From Nitrospinaceae bacterium (GTDB lineage Bacteria; Nitrospinota; Nitrospinia; Nitrospinales; Nitrospinaceae), in NCBI GenBank assembly GCA_965223665.1, contig OZ245011.1:128001-192000 (forward strand): a stretch of 64,000 nucleotides of DNA, written 5' to 3'. A model generated the notes under the pieces. The model searched no databases. It worked only from the letters and a program-made list of their open reading frames with translations, and was not told the origin of the DNA. The translations under genes and the position numbers were made by a program. Position 1 is the first letter of the stretch. The number at the start of each line of letters is the position of its first letter. Below, piece after piece: positions 10,614 through 20,108 of this stretch.

Positions 10614-11081
10614 TCAACGAATCCAAACTAGAGGCCTATAAACCCATGCTTTGTCTCCTACCGCATCAACTACACGGACCCAATTATTTTTGACTCGAAG
10701 TACCTTCATTGAAAAGTATTTATCTACAGGACTCCATCGGACCGCGGGGAACTTTGTTCCAGGCCCGGTACGTAAGTTCGTTTTATTTTGTTTGATGACA
10801 GCGCATTTGATTTTTTTAGTAGTCAATCGTTGGTGAACCCAATAGATATCCCCATCCAAATCTTTAATTCGAAGCCAATTCTTTTTCTTTGCAAGTTGTT
10901 TGAAAGGCATGTATTTATAAACTTCCCAAACTTTCTCATATTTAAGACCAGGACCTTTCCTTAAATTTGCTCTTTTTTCTTTAATACATAAAGCTTCGCT
11001 ACTGTTTGAAAAAAGAACTGTTAAAAGGGACAAAAAAAGGAAAATGTTAATGGATTTTTGCAATAAACGGTACATTGTCAT
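10614..11081 (-). CDS. Secreted tandem bacterial SH3-domain protein
   Basis: Signal peptide, then two repeats NLRxGPG...W(I/V)xVxD.xGD.xWV. Start moved to ATG 11081 (11075 also possible). Confidence 0.85.
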   Translation of the reverse strand: MTMYRLLQKSINIFLFLSLLTVLFSNSSEALCIKEKRANLRKGPGLKYEKVWEVYKYMPFKQLAKKKNWLRIKDLDGDIYWVHQRLTTKKIKCAVIKQNKTNLRTGPGTKFPAVRWSPVDKYFSMKVLRVKNNWVRVVDAVGDKAWVYRPLVWIR

Positions 11082-11289
11082 AGATAAAAAAATGGAAATA
11101 TAAAGGATATGAAATGGATTCGTTAAGAATTGGATTAAAAAAAATGGAACTCCAGTTTTCAGCAAATGGGCTAAAACTATTGGTTTCCGTCTCCCATTGA
11201 AACTTAGCTTAACATGCTTAAGTTCAAGATTCAATTTTCTAATATTTTCTCCATCGGTTATAAAAAATATTGTATTTATTTAACCTTGG

Positions 11290-11318
11290 TTGACGCGTTG
11301 ATAGCCCTGATTTACTAT
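11290..11318 (+). promoter_or_regulatory. Sigma70-like promoter for the GT2 operon
   Basis: TTGACG-17 nt-TACTAT about 40 nt upstream of ATG 11359. Confidence 0.55.
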
Positions 11319-11358
11319 CAAGGAGAAACTAAATTTGGAATAAAAAATTACCCCCAAA

Positions 11359-12498
11359 ATGATTTTTTTAAACTTTTTGCAATTTTTCTTGATATTGGGA
11401 GTTGTGACTTACCTCGCTACAAACCTTGTCCATTTAGTAAGAGTTCAGGTCGCCAAGGGAGGCTTATCGTTTATGCCTTTAGTATCAGTTTGCGTTCCTG
11501 CTCGAAATGAGGAACGCGATATTGAGAATTGCTTACGTTCATTGCTTTCACAGGATTATCCGAATTTTGAAATAATAGTTGTCGATGATGGGTCTACTGA
11601 TAATACTTCCCTAATTTTAGAAAAATTAAAAACAGAATTTCCTGAATTAATCGTTATTTCCAGCGGTCCTTTGCCTACCGATTGGTATGGAAAACCCTAT
11701 GCTTTGCACCAAGCGAGTCAAATTGCTAAGGGAGAGATTTTATTATTTACTGATGCGGATCCTGTTTTCGAAAAAGAGGCTTTGATATCGGCCGTTTACA
11801 TGATGAACAGCAATCAATTAGGTTTGTTATCTTTAATGCCTCGTGCAGAATTTAAATCATTTTGGGAAAAAGCAGTTCAACCCTTAATCTTTGCATTTAT
11901 TGCAGGATTAACGCGTTTTAAAAATGTGAATAATTCTAATCACCCCTCTGCAATGGGAGTGGGAGCCTTTTTAATGATTCGGAAAGGAGTTTATCAAAAT
12001 ATTGGAGGCCATGAGATTTTAAAGCAGGCGATATTGGAAGATATTGGTTTAGCAAAATTGGCTAAGCAATATGGAGCGAAAACTATGATTGCGGACGCCA
12101 AGAACATCTATTCTATTCGAATGTATCATTCGTTAGGGGAGATTTGGGAAGGTTGGCGGAAGAATATTTTTTTGGCTTTAAAAAAATCTGTCTTAAAAAC
12201 TTTATATTATGTATTTTTGATATTAGGGTTTTTGGTGACACCTTGGATTCTTCTATTTTATAACATAGTTGTAGGTGCAAGTCTTTGGCTTATATTTTTA
12301 AGCGGTATAGGAGTATTTTTATTAATAATGGCCGAATTGTCATTGTGTCACGAGCTGGGTTTAGAGAAGCATAACTTATTGTGGTTTCCATTAGGGGCCA
12401 TTGTAATGTGTGGAATATTTATGAATTCTATGTTTTATATCTTGATCAGGAGAGAGTCCCAGTGGAGAGGAAGAATTTATAGAAATCCTATAAAGTAG
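11359..12498 (+). CDS. Membrane GT2 glycosyltransferase (HpnB/CrtQ/CruC-like lipid glycosyltransferase)
   Basis: VPARNEE, DDGSTD, WYGKPYAL, TDAD, ED, RMY...WEGWRKN and C-terminal WRGR; TM helices. Confidence 0.85.
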   Translation: MIFLNFLQFFLILGVVTYLATNLVHLVRVQVAKGGLSFMPLVSVCVPARNEERDIENCLRSLLSQDYPNFEIIVVDDGSTDNTSLILEKLKTEFPELIVISSGPLPTDWYGKPYALHQASQIAKGEILLFTDADPVFEKEALISAVYMMNSNQLGLLSLMPRAEFKSFWEKAVQPLIFAFIAGLTRFKNVNNSNHPSAMGVGAFLMIRKGVYQNIGGHEILKQAILEDIGLAKLAKQYGAKTMIADAKNIYSIRMYHSLGEIWEGWRKNIFLALKKSVLKTLYYVFLILGFLVTPWILLFYNIVVGASLWLIFLSGIGVFLLIMAELSLCHELGLEKHNLLWFPLGAIVMCGIFMNSMFYILIRRESQWRGRIYRNPIK

Positions 12499-12564
12499 AC
12501 TTATTAGTAAATAAAATTTGTTTTTGAATTATTAAGATAAGCATGTAATCAAGGAATTTAAAGT

Positions 12565-13500
12565 ATGGACATTTACGCAAAATGGTTTACCAAAGCTGGA
12601 CTTATTTATTTAATTATTGGTGTTTTTCTAGGTATAGGAATAGGAGTTTCTCCTGAATGGGGTCAAAGGTTGCGTTTTGTTCACATACATTTCAATTTAT
12701 TGGGATTTATGACCATGATGATTGCCGGTGTGGCTTATCACGTTTTGCCACGATTTAATGCAAACCCTGTTCCCTGGCCGGATGGGGTTAAATATCATTT
12801 TTATTTACAGAACATTGGATTGTTGGGAATGTGTGGAGTGCATTTGGCTGGAGGAATTTGGAGTGGAGGAGGCCTTCAAGTATTATTTGTGGTCTTTGCT
12901 CTTATAGCTGGTGGAGGAGTATCCATTATGTTTTATAATTTGTATATGGTTTTACAACCGGGAAAAAGTTCTGAAACCAATGCAATCAATCCCCAAATGA
13001 AAGTCGGAGACATTTTAGATAAGTTTCCACATACTCTCCAATTATTTATTGCTAATGGATTTAATTCATTAAATAACCCGGTAGCTCGAAAAACTTTTGC
13101 TCAAATGGTGAGTCTCGAAAATGCTTGTAAAAAACATGGTGTGAATTTAAGCGAGTTTATGCAGAAATTAAATAGTGTTGTGCAATCCTCCTCGGGAACT
13201 AGGCCGAGAGATTCTGAAAAGAAGACTGAATCTTCTTCGATAAAAAGTGGAGAGGTTCCGGTAGGTAAAACAATTAATAGAGGGGAATTTTGTACTTTGG
13301 ATGTAATGGTTGGAAGTTTAATCAAGGTTTATCCTCAAACGAAGGGCATATTTGAAAAACACTATGGAGAGGATTGCTTTTCCTGTCCAGGTCAGGTCTT
13401 TGAAACTATTGAGCAAACGGCAAATATGCATAATCTGAGCCCTGATCAAATATTAAAGGAAATCAATGAAGAGATTTCTATTTCCTTAAAGGATTCATAA
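12565..13500 (+). CDS. Membrane protein: heme-copper oxidase subunit I-like 4-TM fragment plus two DUF1858-like domains
   Basis: RFVHIHFNLLGF...YHVLPRF; then I.PQMKVGDILDKFP...SLENACKKHGVN and VGSLIKVYP...CFSCPGQVFETIEQ. Confidence 0.7.
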   Translation: MDIYAKWFTKAGLIYLIIGVFLGIGIGVSPEWGQRLRFVHIHFNLLGFMTMMIAGVAYHVLPRFNANPVPWPDGVKYHFYLQNIGLLGMCGVHLAGGIWSGGGLQVLFVVFALIAGGGVSIMFYNLYMVLQPGKSSETNAINPQMKVGDILDKFPHTLQLFIANGFNSLNNPVARKTFAQMVSLENACKKHGVNLSEFMQKLNSVVQSSSGTRPRDSEKKTESSSIKSGEVPVGKTINRGEFCTLDVMVGSLIKVYPQTKGIFEKHYGEDCFSCPGQVFETIEQTANMHNLSPDQILKEINEEISISLKDS

Positions 13501-13502
13501 TC

Positions 13503-13829
13503 GTGGGAGAAAATACATTTAAAGATTTTGTGCTAGATCAATTAGAGGAGTTAGAGGGCCTTAGATCCCAAGCTATGTTTGGTGGCTATGGTTTATACAG
13601 TTATGATGTGTTTTTTGGCATCATTTCCAAGGGGCGATTATATTTCAAAACCAATTCAATTTCGCGATCTAGATATGAAAAAGAGGGCATGAGATCTTTC
13701 CAACCCAACTCCAAGCAAACTCTGAAAAATTATTTTGAAGTACCACCAACACAAATTGAAATGAAAGATGAGTTAAGGGAATGGGCTAGAGAGTCTATTG
13801 GTTTAAAGGCCATGGGTGATAAAACTTGA
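13503..13829 (+). CDS. TfoX/Sxy N-terminal domain protein
   Basis: FKDFVLDQL...AMFGGYGLY...FGII...LYFK...YFEVP...W. Confidence 0.85.
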   Translation: MGENTFKDFVLDQLEELEGLRSQAMFGGYGLYSYDVFFGIISKGRLYFKTNSISRSRYEKEGMRSFQPNSKQTLKNYFEVPPTQIEMKDELREWARESIGLKAMGDKT

Positions 13830-14238
13830 GAAATATTTTTTAGTCTTTACACTCAAATAAAATTAGTGAATTGAAAAAACAAGTGATCTCCTAATTTGAA
13901 AGAAGTATTTTGTTTAAAGTATTGCTTTAACTTTTACATTTATTTTTTTCTTGAATGATATAAATAAAACCTTTGAAATCAACTAATTAGTAATCGATGT
14001 TTTTGGGTTTTTAAAAAAAAGAGGGTTAAGCGATATTTAATTAGTGAATGGAGGAAACTTGTGTTAAAAGGTTATTAGAGGAGGAAAGGTTTCTAGGACT
14101 GGGGATGAAATTCTTCCCGATTTTCAAGGTTTTTTTATTAGTGTTTCCCCTGTTTGGCCGACCTCATTTATAAATTGGGAACGCGGTTGTTTAGGTTTCG
14201 TGGTATTCCCCCAACTTGGTTTAAGGAGCAAAAGTGTT

Positions 14239-14439
14239 ATGGCTGTGGGTAAGGTAAAATGGTTTAACGAAAGTAAAGGTTTTGGTTTTATTGAATCACA
14301 AGATGGAGAAGACATCTTCGTTCATTTCTCAGAAATTCAGGCGAAAGGATTTAAGACTTTGAAAGAAGGTCAAGAAGTTGAGTTTGAAAAAACTATGGGG
14401 AAAAAGGGCCCCCAAGCCTCCAACGTTATTCCCAAATAA
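14239..14439 (+). CDS. Cold-shock protein
   Basis: GKVKWFN, KGFGFI and DIFVHFS. AAGGAG RBS supports a start at 14239. Confidence 0.96.
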   Translation: MAVGKVKWFNESKGFGFIESQDGEDIFVHFSEIQAKGFKTLKEGQEVEFEKTMGKKGPQASNVIPK

Positions 14440-14454
14440 AACCGTTTAATCTAG

Positions 14455-14497
14455 AAAAATCCCCAGCAGGAAGAACCCCCTGCTGGGGATTTTTTTT
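14455..14497. terminator. Bidirectional intrinsic terminator
   Basis: AAAAATCCCCAGCAGG-loop-CCTGCTGGGGATTTTTTTT between convergent genes. Confidence 0.9.
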
Positions 14498-14520
14498 GAA
14501 GTATTTTAGTGAATAAAAAG

Positions 14521-15645
14521 TTATCCAGAAAATAGTTTCCTTATTTTTATAAAGGGATATATCATTTGAGACCAAAAATGATTGTCCAGCTTCTCACCAA
14601 ATAATCCATAGGACTTTGGTTCATTTTTGTCTTTAGGTAAGTAAAATGTGCCAAAAACCCAGTCGATTCCTGAAAAGAAAGTTGCATAATTTTTGTTGTA
14701 AACCTCGGTGTCCGAATGGTGCCACCTATGGAAAAGTGGGGTGGCAAATACGAAGTTAAGAAAACCGTAAGATATCTTTACATTAGAGTGAATGTACATT
14801 CCATAAGCACGCCGAAACGGCATGCAAAGAGAATACACAAAGGGATCTTCAAAAAATAATATTAAAGTGGTCAGACTAAATAAATAGGAAATATGATTAT
14901 TAATGGGATGGAATCTTTCATTGGTGAGCCAATCCAATTCCTTAGGTGCGTGATGAATTGTATGAAAAGGCCAAAGAAATTTAGAATGCATCCAGCGATG
15001 TCTCCAGTATCCTACAAAATCCACCAAGAAAGTTGCCAGTAATAATTGAAAAAATATTGGCCAATTGACAATGGATTTTCTTAACTGGAAAAACCAACCA
15101 CTCCATCCTTCAGTGGCTTTTCCAGAAAATTGCTCGTTCACTAAATGTAATTTAACGATCGACTTTTGGGTTGCGGAATTGGATATTGAATTTGGAGAAG
15201 GTTGAGCTAAAGCTTGGGTAATGAAGGTTTTGGTTATAATCAAACCAGGGTGTTTTTCCAGGATGATAAAATGATCATTCCCCTTGAAATTTTTCTCAGG
15301 AACATATGAAAAACTCCCTATAGAATCAAATTTTATTTTTCCAAATTTCGGGTGTTCTTTTAAAGAATATTCAGTCTTATTGACTTCGTTTACTTTTCCT
15401 TGAGAAGGTGTTATTCCCCAAAAATTATTTATTAGTACCATTTGAAGTAAAAAACTTGCAGGATAAATGAGGATAGGTAGGACATAAGAATAAATCAAAT
15501 CCAGATAAGTATCTTTCCTCAATAACTTTTGTTTTTGATGCGCAGGGATCAGAATTTCAAGAAGAATAAAGAAAGCTCCTGCCCATAAAAGTATGCGGGT
15601 ATGCGGCCAAAAATATGACTCAATGTAATTAATGAAATCTATCAA
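14521..15645 (-). CDS. Sterol desaturase / fatty-acid hydroxylase family protein with an inserted Ig-like segment
   Basis: His boxes HRWMH, HTIHH, HSN and HRWHH. About 100 extra aa including GSFSYVPEKNFKGNDHF. Confidence 0.85.
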   Translation of the reverse strand: MIDFINYIESYFWPHTRILLWAGAFFILLEILIPAHQKQKLLRKDTYLDLIYSYVLPILIYPASFLLQMVLINNFWGITPSQGKVNEVNKTEYSLKEHPKFGKIKFDSIGSFSYVPEKNFKGNDHFIILEKHPGLIITKTFITQALAQPSPNSISNSATQKSIVKLHLVNEQFSGKATEGWSGWFFQLRKSIVNWPIFFQLLLATFLVDFVGYWRHRWMHSKFLWPFHTIHHAPKELDWLTNERFHPINNHISYLFSLTTLILFFEDPFVYSLCMPFRRAYGMYIHSNVKISYGFLNFVFATPLFHRWHHSDTEVYNKNYATFFSGIDWVFGTFYLPKDKNEPKSYGLFGEKLDNHFWSQMIYPFIKIRKLFSG

Positions 15646-15794
15646 TATAGCCCTTAATACCTAATGTGATTTCTAAAGTATTTTTTTTAGGTTAAGGGGT
15701 ATTTAAAAATTGAGCAAGTTGATTGAAATGTTGAAGGGGGAATCATGATTGATTTTTTGGGAAATACCTTTTAAGACTAGGAAAAATTAATCCC

Positions 15795-16586
15795 CTATTC
15801 ATTGATTTTTTTCGCTTCTTGCCAATATTCTTCCATTTGTCCAAGGGGGGTTTCTGTTAAGGTTTTACCTGAGCTTTTAACCTTTTGCTCAATATATTTA
15901 AAACGTTGGATGAACTTTTTGTTTGTTAAGCGCAAGGCTTCTTCAGCATCTATTTTTTTGAAACGTCCAATATTTACCAATACAAATAATAAGTCCCCAA
16001 ACTCTTCAGTAATCTCTTTATTGTTATCCCTCTTTAATGCTTCTTTAAATTCATTTATTTCTTCATTTAATTTTTCAAGAACATCATCAATTCGATCCCA
16101 ATCGAATCCCTGCTTAGCAGCTTTCTTTTGTAACTTTTGAGCCCGGGCCAAGGAGGGTAAATTTTTGGGGACATTGTCTAGAATGGATGGATTATCTTTA
16201 TTGGTTTTTTCCTTTTTTTTGATGTCTTCCCATTGTTCAATTACTTCATCAGGAGTTTCTAGTTTTTCTTTAGCAAATACATGAGGGTGCCGTCGAACCA
16301 TTTTTTCACTCAGATTTTCTATAACCTCACTAATACCAAATTCGTTTAGATTCTCAGAAATTTTTGAATGAAATAAAATTTGATACAATAAATCTCCAAG
16401 CTCGTCTTTTATTTTCTCTGGGTTATTGCTGTCTAAGGCATCAAGAGTTTCGTAGCTTTCTTCCACAAGGTAGGGTTTTAGAGATTCACGGGTCTGGACC
16501 CGATCCCAAGGACATCCATTTTCTCCCATAAGTGTATCGACAATGCGCATTAGCTTGCTAAAGGCTTCTCCAGGGTTATTATCCAT
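15795..16586 (-). CDS. mazG: Nucleoside triphosphate pyrophosphohydrolase MazG
   Basis: GCPWDRVQT, EESYE, DELGDLL, RRHPHVF and a second EEFGDLLF domain. Confidence 0.95.
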   Translation of the reverse strand: MDNNPGEAFSKLMRIVDTLMGENGCPWDRVQTRESLKPYLVEESYETLDALDSNNPEKIKDELGDLLYQILFHSKISENLNEFGISEVIENLSEKMVRRHPHVFAKEKLETPDEVIEQWEDIKKKEKTNKDNPSILDNVPKNLPSLARAQKLQKKAAKQGFDWDRIDDVLEKLNEEINEFKEALKRDNNKEITEEFGDLLFVLVNIGRFKKIDAEEALRLTNKKFIQRFKYIEQKVKSSGKTLTETPLGQMEEYWQEAKKINE

Positions 16587-16613
16587 TTAATAAAGATTCC
16601 TTAAGGTAAAAGA

Positions 16614-17753
16614 TTAGGAAATAAACTCAAGGATTACAGTGTCTGCCAAAAGCAATCCTTTATCAGTTAGAGTTAAATAGTTTTCTTCAAAACTTATTAA
16701 ATTGTTCTTCAAAAGTTTCTCAATGACATCCGAGTATACGGATTGAATAGAAACTTTAAACTTTTGTTCGAATTGATTTAGGTTGACCCCAGACCGCATT
16801 CGAAGACCCAACATTAGGGTTTCCCCCATGGATTGTTTTTTATTTAGCTTTTCTTCACTTTGAGCTGCGGTTCCATGGTTTTGGACTTCCTTAATATAGT
16901 GTGCAGGTAGATTATAATTTTTATGTCTCACTCCATTTAAATATGAGGTTGCTCCAGCCCCGAGACCCAGGTATTCTCCATTTTCCCAATAAAGAATATT
17001 ATGCCGGCACTCCCTTCCTGATTTGGAGTAGTTAGAAATTTCATAATGGTTATAACCCGCATTTAAAAGAATTCGAATAGTGGTTTGGAATTGTGATAAT
17101 TGAGAATCTTCTGAAGGCATTACCAAATCTCCACAATCTTGATATTTATAAAAGCGAGTGCCAGGTTCAATCGTTAAATTATAAGCAGAAATATGCTCTG
17201 GGTTCAGAGCTATAGCTAACTTTAAATTTTTTTCCCAGGTTGACAGGGTCTGATTCGGTAGAGAAAACATAAGGTCTAAAGATAAATTATCAAAATCAGC
17301 TTCCCTGGCTTTTTCCACAGTTGAATAAATTTCATCCACATTATGTGTTCGTTCTAAATATATTAACTCTTCCGGAGAGAAAGATTGAACTCCAATACTT
17401 ATACGATTAAATCCAGCTTCTTTTAATATCTTTAATTCTTTTCCATCAATGGTAGCGGGATTTGCTTCAGTGGTGATTTCCGCATTTGGTACTACATCGA
17501 ATTCATTAAAGCAGGATTTTAAAATGTGACTTAAGGTATGAAAGGGGAGGGTAGTAGGTGTCCCACCACCAAAAAAAATACTGGAAATTTTTGTATTTTG
17601 AGATAAATTCTTAGAGTAATACATTAACTCGGCCAAAAGAGCATCTGTATAAGAATCCATTTCTTGTAGATTGATATCATGGGAGTTAAAATCGCAATAC
17701 CCACATTTGTGGATACAATAAGGTATATGAATGTAGATTCCTAATGGTCTCAT
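16614..17753 (-). CDS. hemW: Radical SAM heme chaperone HemW
   Basis: YIHIPYCIHKCGYCDFNS, GGGTPT, YEISNY and HNILYW. Start moved to ATG 17753. Confidence 0.9.
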   Translation of the reverse strand: MRPLGIYIHIPYCIHKCGYCDFNSHDINLQEMDSYTDALLAELMYYSKNLSQNTKISSIFFGGGTPTTLPFHTLSHILKSCFNEFDVVPNAEITTEANPATIDGKELKILKEAGFNRISIGVQSFSPEELIYLERTHNVDEIYSTVEKAREADFDNLSLDLMFSLPNQTLSTWEKNLKLAIALNPEHISAYNLTIEPGTRFYKYQDCGDLVMPSEDSQLSQFQTTIRILLNAGYNHYEISNYSKSGRECRHNILYWENGEYLGLGAGATSYLNGVRHKNYNLPAHYIKEVQNHGTAAQSEEKLNKKQSMGETLMLGLRMRSGVNLNQFEQKFKVSIQSVYSDVIEKLLKNNLISFEENYLTLTDKGLLLADTVILEFIS

Positions 17754-17826
17754 GATAGGTTCTTGGTTTATGTTATTACCTATAATACAATGCAATTCGC
17801 CAGCAGGTTTGAATTGATTTTTATAA

Positions 17827-18756
17827 ATGAAGGAGAATGAAATTTTAACGCCCGAAAATATAGAGTTTAAATCTGGTTATGTTAGCCTGATTGGTAAACC
17901 CAATGTTGGAAAGTCTACTTTATTAAATCATTTGGTTTCAGAAAAAATTGCTGCAATATCCCGTCGTCCTCAAACCACTCGAAATAAAATTACAGGTGTG
18001 TGTCATTTATCGAGGGGGCAAATAATTATACTCGATACCCCAGGAATACATAAGGCCTCCACCAAACTTAATCAAGTAATGGTGCAAACTTCCTTAAATA
18101 CCTTTGGTGATGTAGATATTATTTTATTTATGATAGATGCTCGGCAGAAATTTGGTTCTGAAGATGAGTATGTTTTGGAATCTTTAAAAAAGACTTCATT
18201 ACCCAAATTTTTAGTAATAAATAAAATTGATTTGGTTAGTAAACCTGATCTTCTGAAACTTATTGATGATATGTCGGAAAAGGAAAAATTTTTAGAAATA
18301 ATTCCAATTTCTGCCTTGCAAAAAGATGGGTTGGATCTATTGAAGAACGTTCTTTTAAAATATTTGCCAGAAGGTCCTCCCTATTTTCCAAAAGATATGA
18401 TAACAAATTGTCCTGAACAATTCTTAGCGGAAGAAATTATCCGCGAAAAAATAATTCGACAAACTCATTTTGAGATTCCTTATGCTGTAGCGGTGGTGGT
18501 CGAGAGCATGGTGAATGGAAAAAATGATGTGATTATCATCGATGCAAATATTTTTGTAGAAAGAGCCAGCCAAAAGAAAATTATTATTGGTGAAAAGGGA
18601 AGCCTGCTTAAAAAGATTGGTAGTTCCGCACGCTTAGAAATTGAGAAACGTTTTGGTAATAAAGTGTATCTAAATTTGTTCGTAAAGGTAAAAGAGAAGT
18701 GGCGGGAAAATTTAAGAGATATTCGTGAATTTGGTTATAGTCATGGTCACAATTAA
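17827..18756 (+). CDS. era: GTPase Era
   Basis: GKPNVGKST, PQTTR, DTPG, NKID and KH domain. Confidence 0.96.
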   Translation: MKENEILTPENIEFKSGYVSLIGKPNVGKSTLLNHLVSEKIAAISRRPQTTRNKITGVCHLSRGQIIILDTPGIHKASTKLNQVMVQTSLNTFGDVDIILFMIDARQKFGSEDEYVLESLKKTSLPKFLVINKIDLVSKPDLLKLIDDMSEKEKFLEIIPISALQKDGLDLLKNVLLKYLPEGPPYFPKDMITNCPEQFLAEEIIREKIIRQTHFEIPYAVAVVVESMVNGKNDVIIIDANIFVERASQKKIIIGEKGSLLKKIGSSARLEIEKRFGNKVYLNLFVKVKEKWRENLRDIREFGYSHGHN

Positions 18757-19507
18757 AACAGATCAAGAAATTGAAGTTATGCGGCGTTCTTGTCAATTAG
18801 CTGCAGAGGTTTTGCTGATGATTGAATCGTATATTAAACCTGGCATAACCACAGACGAATTAAATGATATCTGCCATGATTATATTATTAAGAAAGGTGC
18901 CATCCCCGCACCCCTAAATTATCGTGGATTTCCCAAAAGTATTTGTACCTCAGTCAATGAAGAAATTTGCCATGGAATTCCCTCTTCTCGAAAACTGCGC
19001 AATGGAGATATGGTCAATATTGATGTTACCACCATTGTGGATGAATTTCATGGAGACACTAACCGAACGTTTTTTGTAGGAAAACCTCGAAAAGCAGCCC
19101 TTCATTTAGCTCAAGCAACTAAAGAAGCCTTGCAAAAAGCGATTGAAATTGTAAAGCCAGGTGCCCATTTAGGAGATATTGGGGCAACCATTCAACAATA
19201 TGTTGAAGCAAAAGGATACTCCGTTGTTAGAGAATTTTGTGGGCATGGTATTGGTCGTAAATTCCATGAAGAACCTCAAATATTGCATTTTGGAAACTTT
19301 GGCCAGGGAATGGAAATTAAAAAAGGCATGACTTTTACGATTGAGCCTATGGTTAACCTGGGAAAACCTGATTTGAAAATCTTGGACGATAACTGGACCG
19401 CTGTGACTTTGGACGGTTCTCTTTCCGCGCAATTCGAACATACTCTCCTTGTAACTTCCGACGGTGCCGAAGTGATGACCCGTATTCCCGGAGAAACCAG
19501 TTTTTAG
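18743..19507 (+). CDS. map: Methionine aminopeptidase type I
   Basis: SICTSVNEEICHGIP, GHGIG, FTIEPM and SAQFEHT. Start at 18743 (MVTIKT). Confidence 0.96.
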   Translation: MVTIKTDQEIEVMRRSCQLAAEVLLMIESYIKPGITTDELNDICHDYIIKKGAIPAPLNYRGFPKSICTSVNEEICHGIPSSRKLRNGDMVNIDVTTIVDEFHGDTNRTFFVGKPRKAALHLAQATKEALQKAIEIVKPGAHLGDIGATIQQYVEAKGYSVVREFCGHGIGRKFHEEPQILHFGNFGQGMEIKKGMTFTIEPMVNLGKPDLKILDDNWTAVTLDGSLSAQFEHTLLVTSDGAEVMTRIPGETSF

Positions 19508-19598
19508 TTTGCGATATTCCTTTTTTATAATATAACCTTTATATAATTAAAAATTCATGAGGTAATCCCACCACTTACCAAAGAATTTAGGAGGTTTT

Positions 19599-20069
19599 AT
19601 GCAGGGCGATGAAAAGATCATTGAAGGATTAAATGAAGTGTTGACGGCAGAATTGACAGCTATCAACATATATTATATCCATTATAAAATGCAGAAGAAT
19701 TGGGGCTTTGACAAGTTAGCTGAGCATGCACGGGAAGAATCAATGGGGGAAATGAAACATGCGGATGCAATCATTGAACGAATTTTGTATTTGGATGGAA
19801 CTCCAAACATGGCTCGCTATGACACCGTTTTGGTTGGCGACTCCTGTGAAGAGCATCTACGCAATCAATATGAAATTGAAAAAAAACATGTTGATCGTCT
19901 CAAAAAAATTATCAGTCAGTGTATTGAATGTCAGGATTTTGGTACGAAGGAGATCCTCGATAGCATTTTAGAAGATACAGAAGAAAGTTGTGATTGGATT
20001 GAAACCCAATTTCAACGAATTCAAGATGTTGGTATTCAAAACTACCTTGCCGAGCATATGCATTCATGA
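19599..20069 (+). CDS. bfr: Bacterioferritin with an atypical ferroxidase centre
   Basis: MQGD, E18, EMKHAD (E51/M52/H54), RILYLDGTPN, E94; AGGAGG RBS. Confidence 0.92.
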   Translation: MQGDEKIIEGLNEVLTAELTAINIYYIHYKMQKNWGFDKLAEHAREESMGEMKHADAIIERILYLDGTPNMARYDTVLVGDSCEEHLRNQYEIEKKHVDRLKKIISQCIECQDFGTKEILDSILEDTEESCDWIETQFQRIQDVGIQNYLAEHMHS

Positions 20070-20080
20070 TTTCATGGATA

Positions 20081-20108
20081 GTGCCCTGGTCTGTTTTTGC
20101 CAGGGCAC
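20081..20108. terminator. GC-rich hairpin just after bfr
   Basis: GTGCCCTGG-N10-CCAGGGCAC perfect 9-bp stem; no clear U-tract. Confidence 0.45.

Noticed and set aside
13830-14238. Long region upstream of the cold-shock gene with hairpins and a 41-codon ORF
   Set aside because: Long structured 5' UTRs are normal for csp genes; the ORF has no recognisable features.
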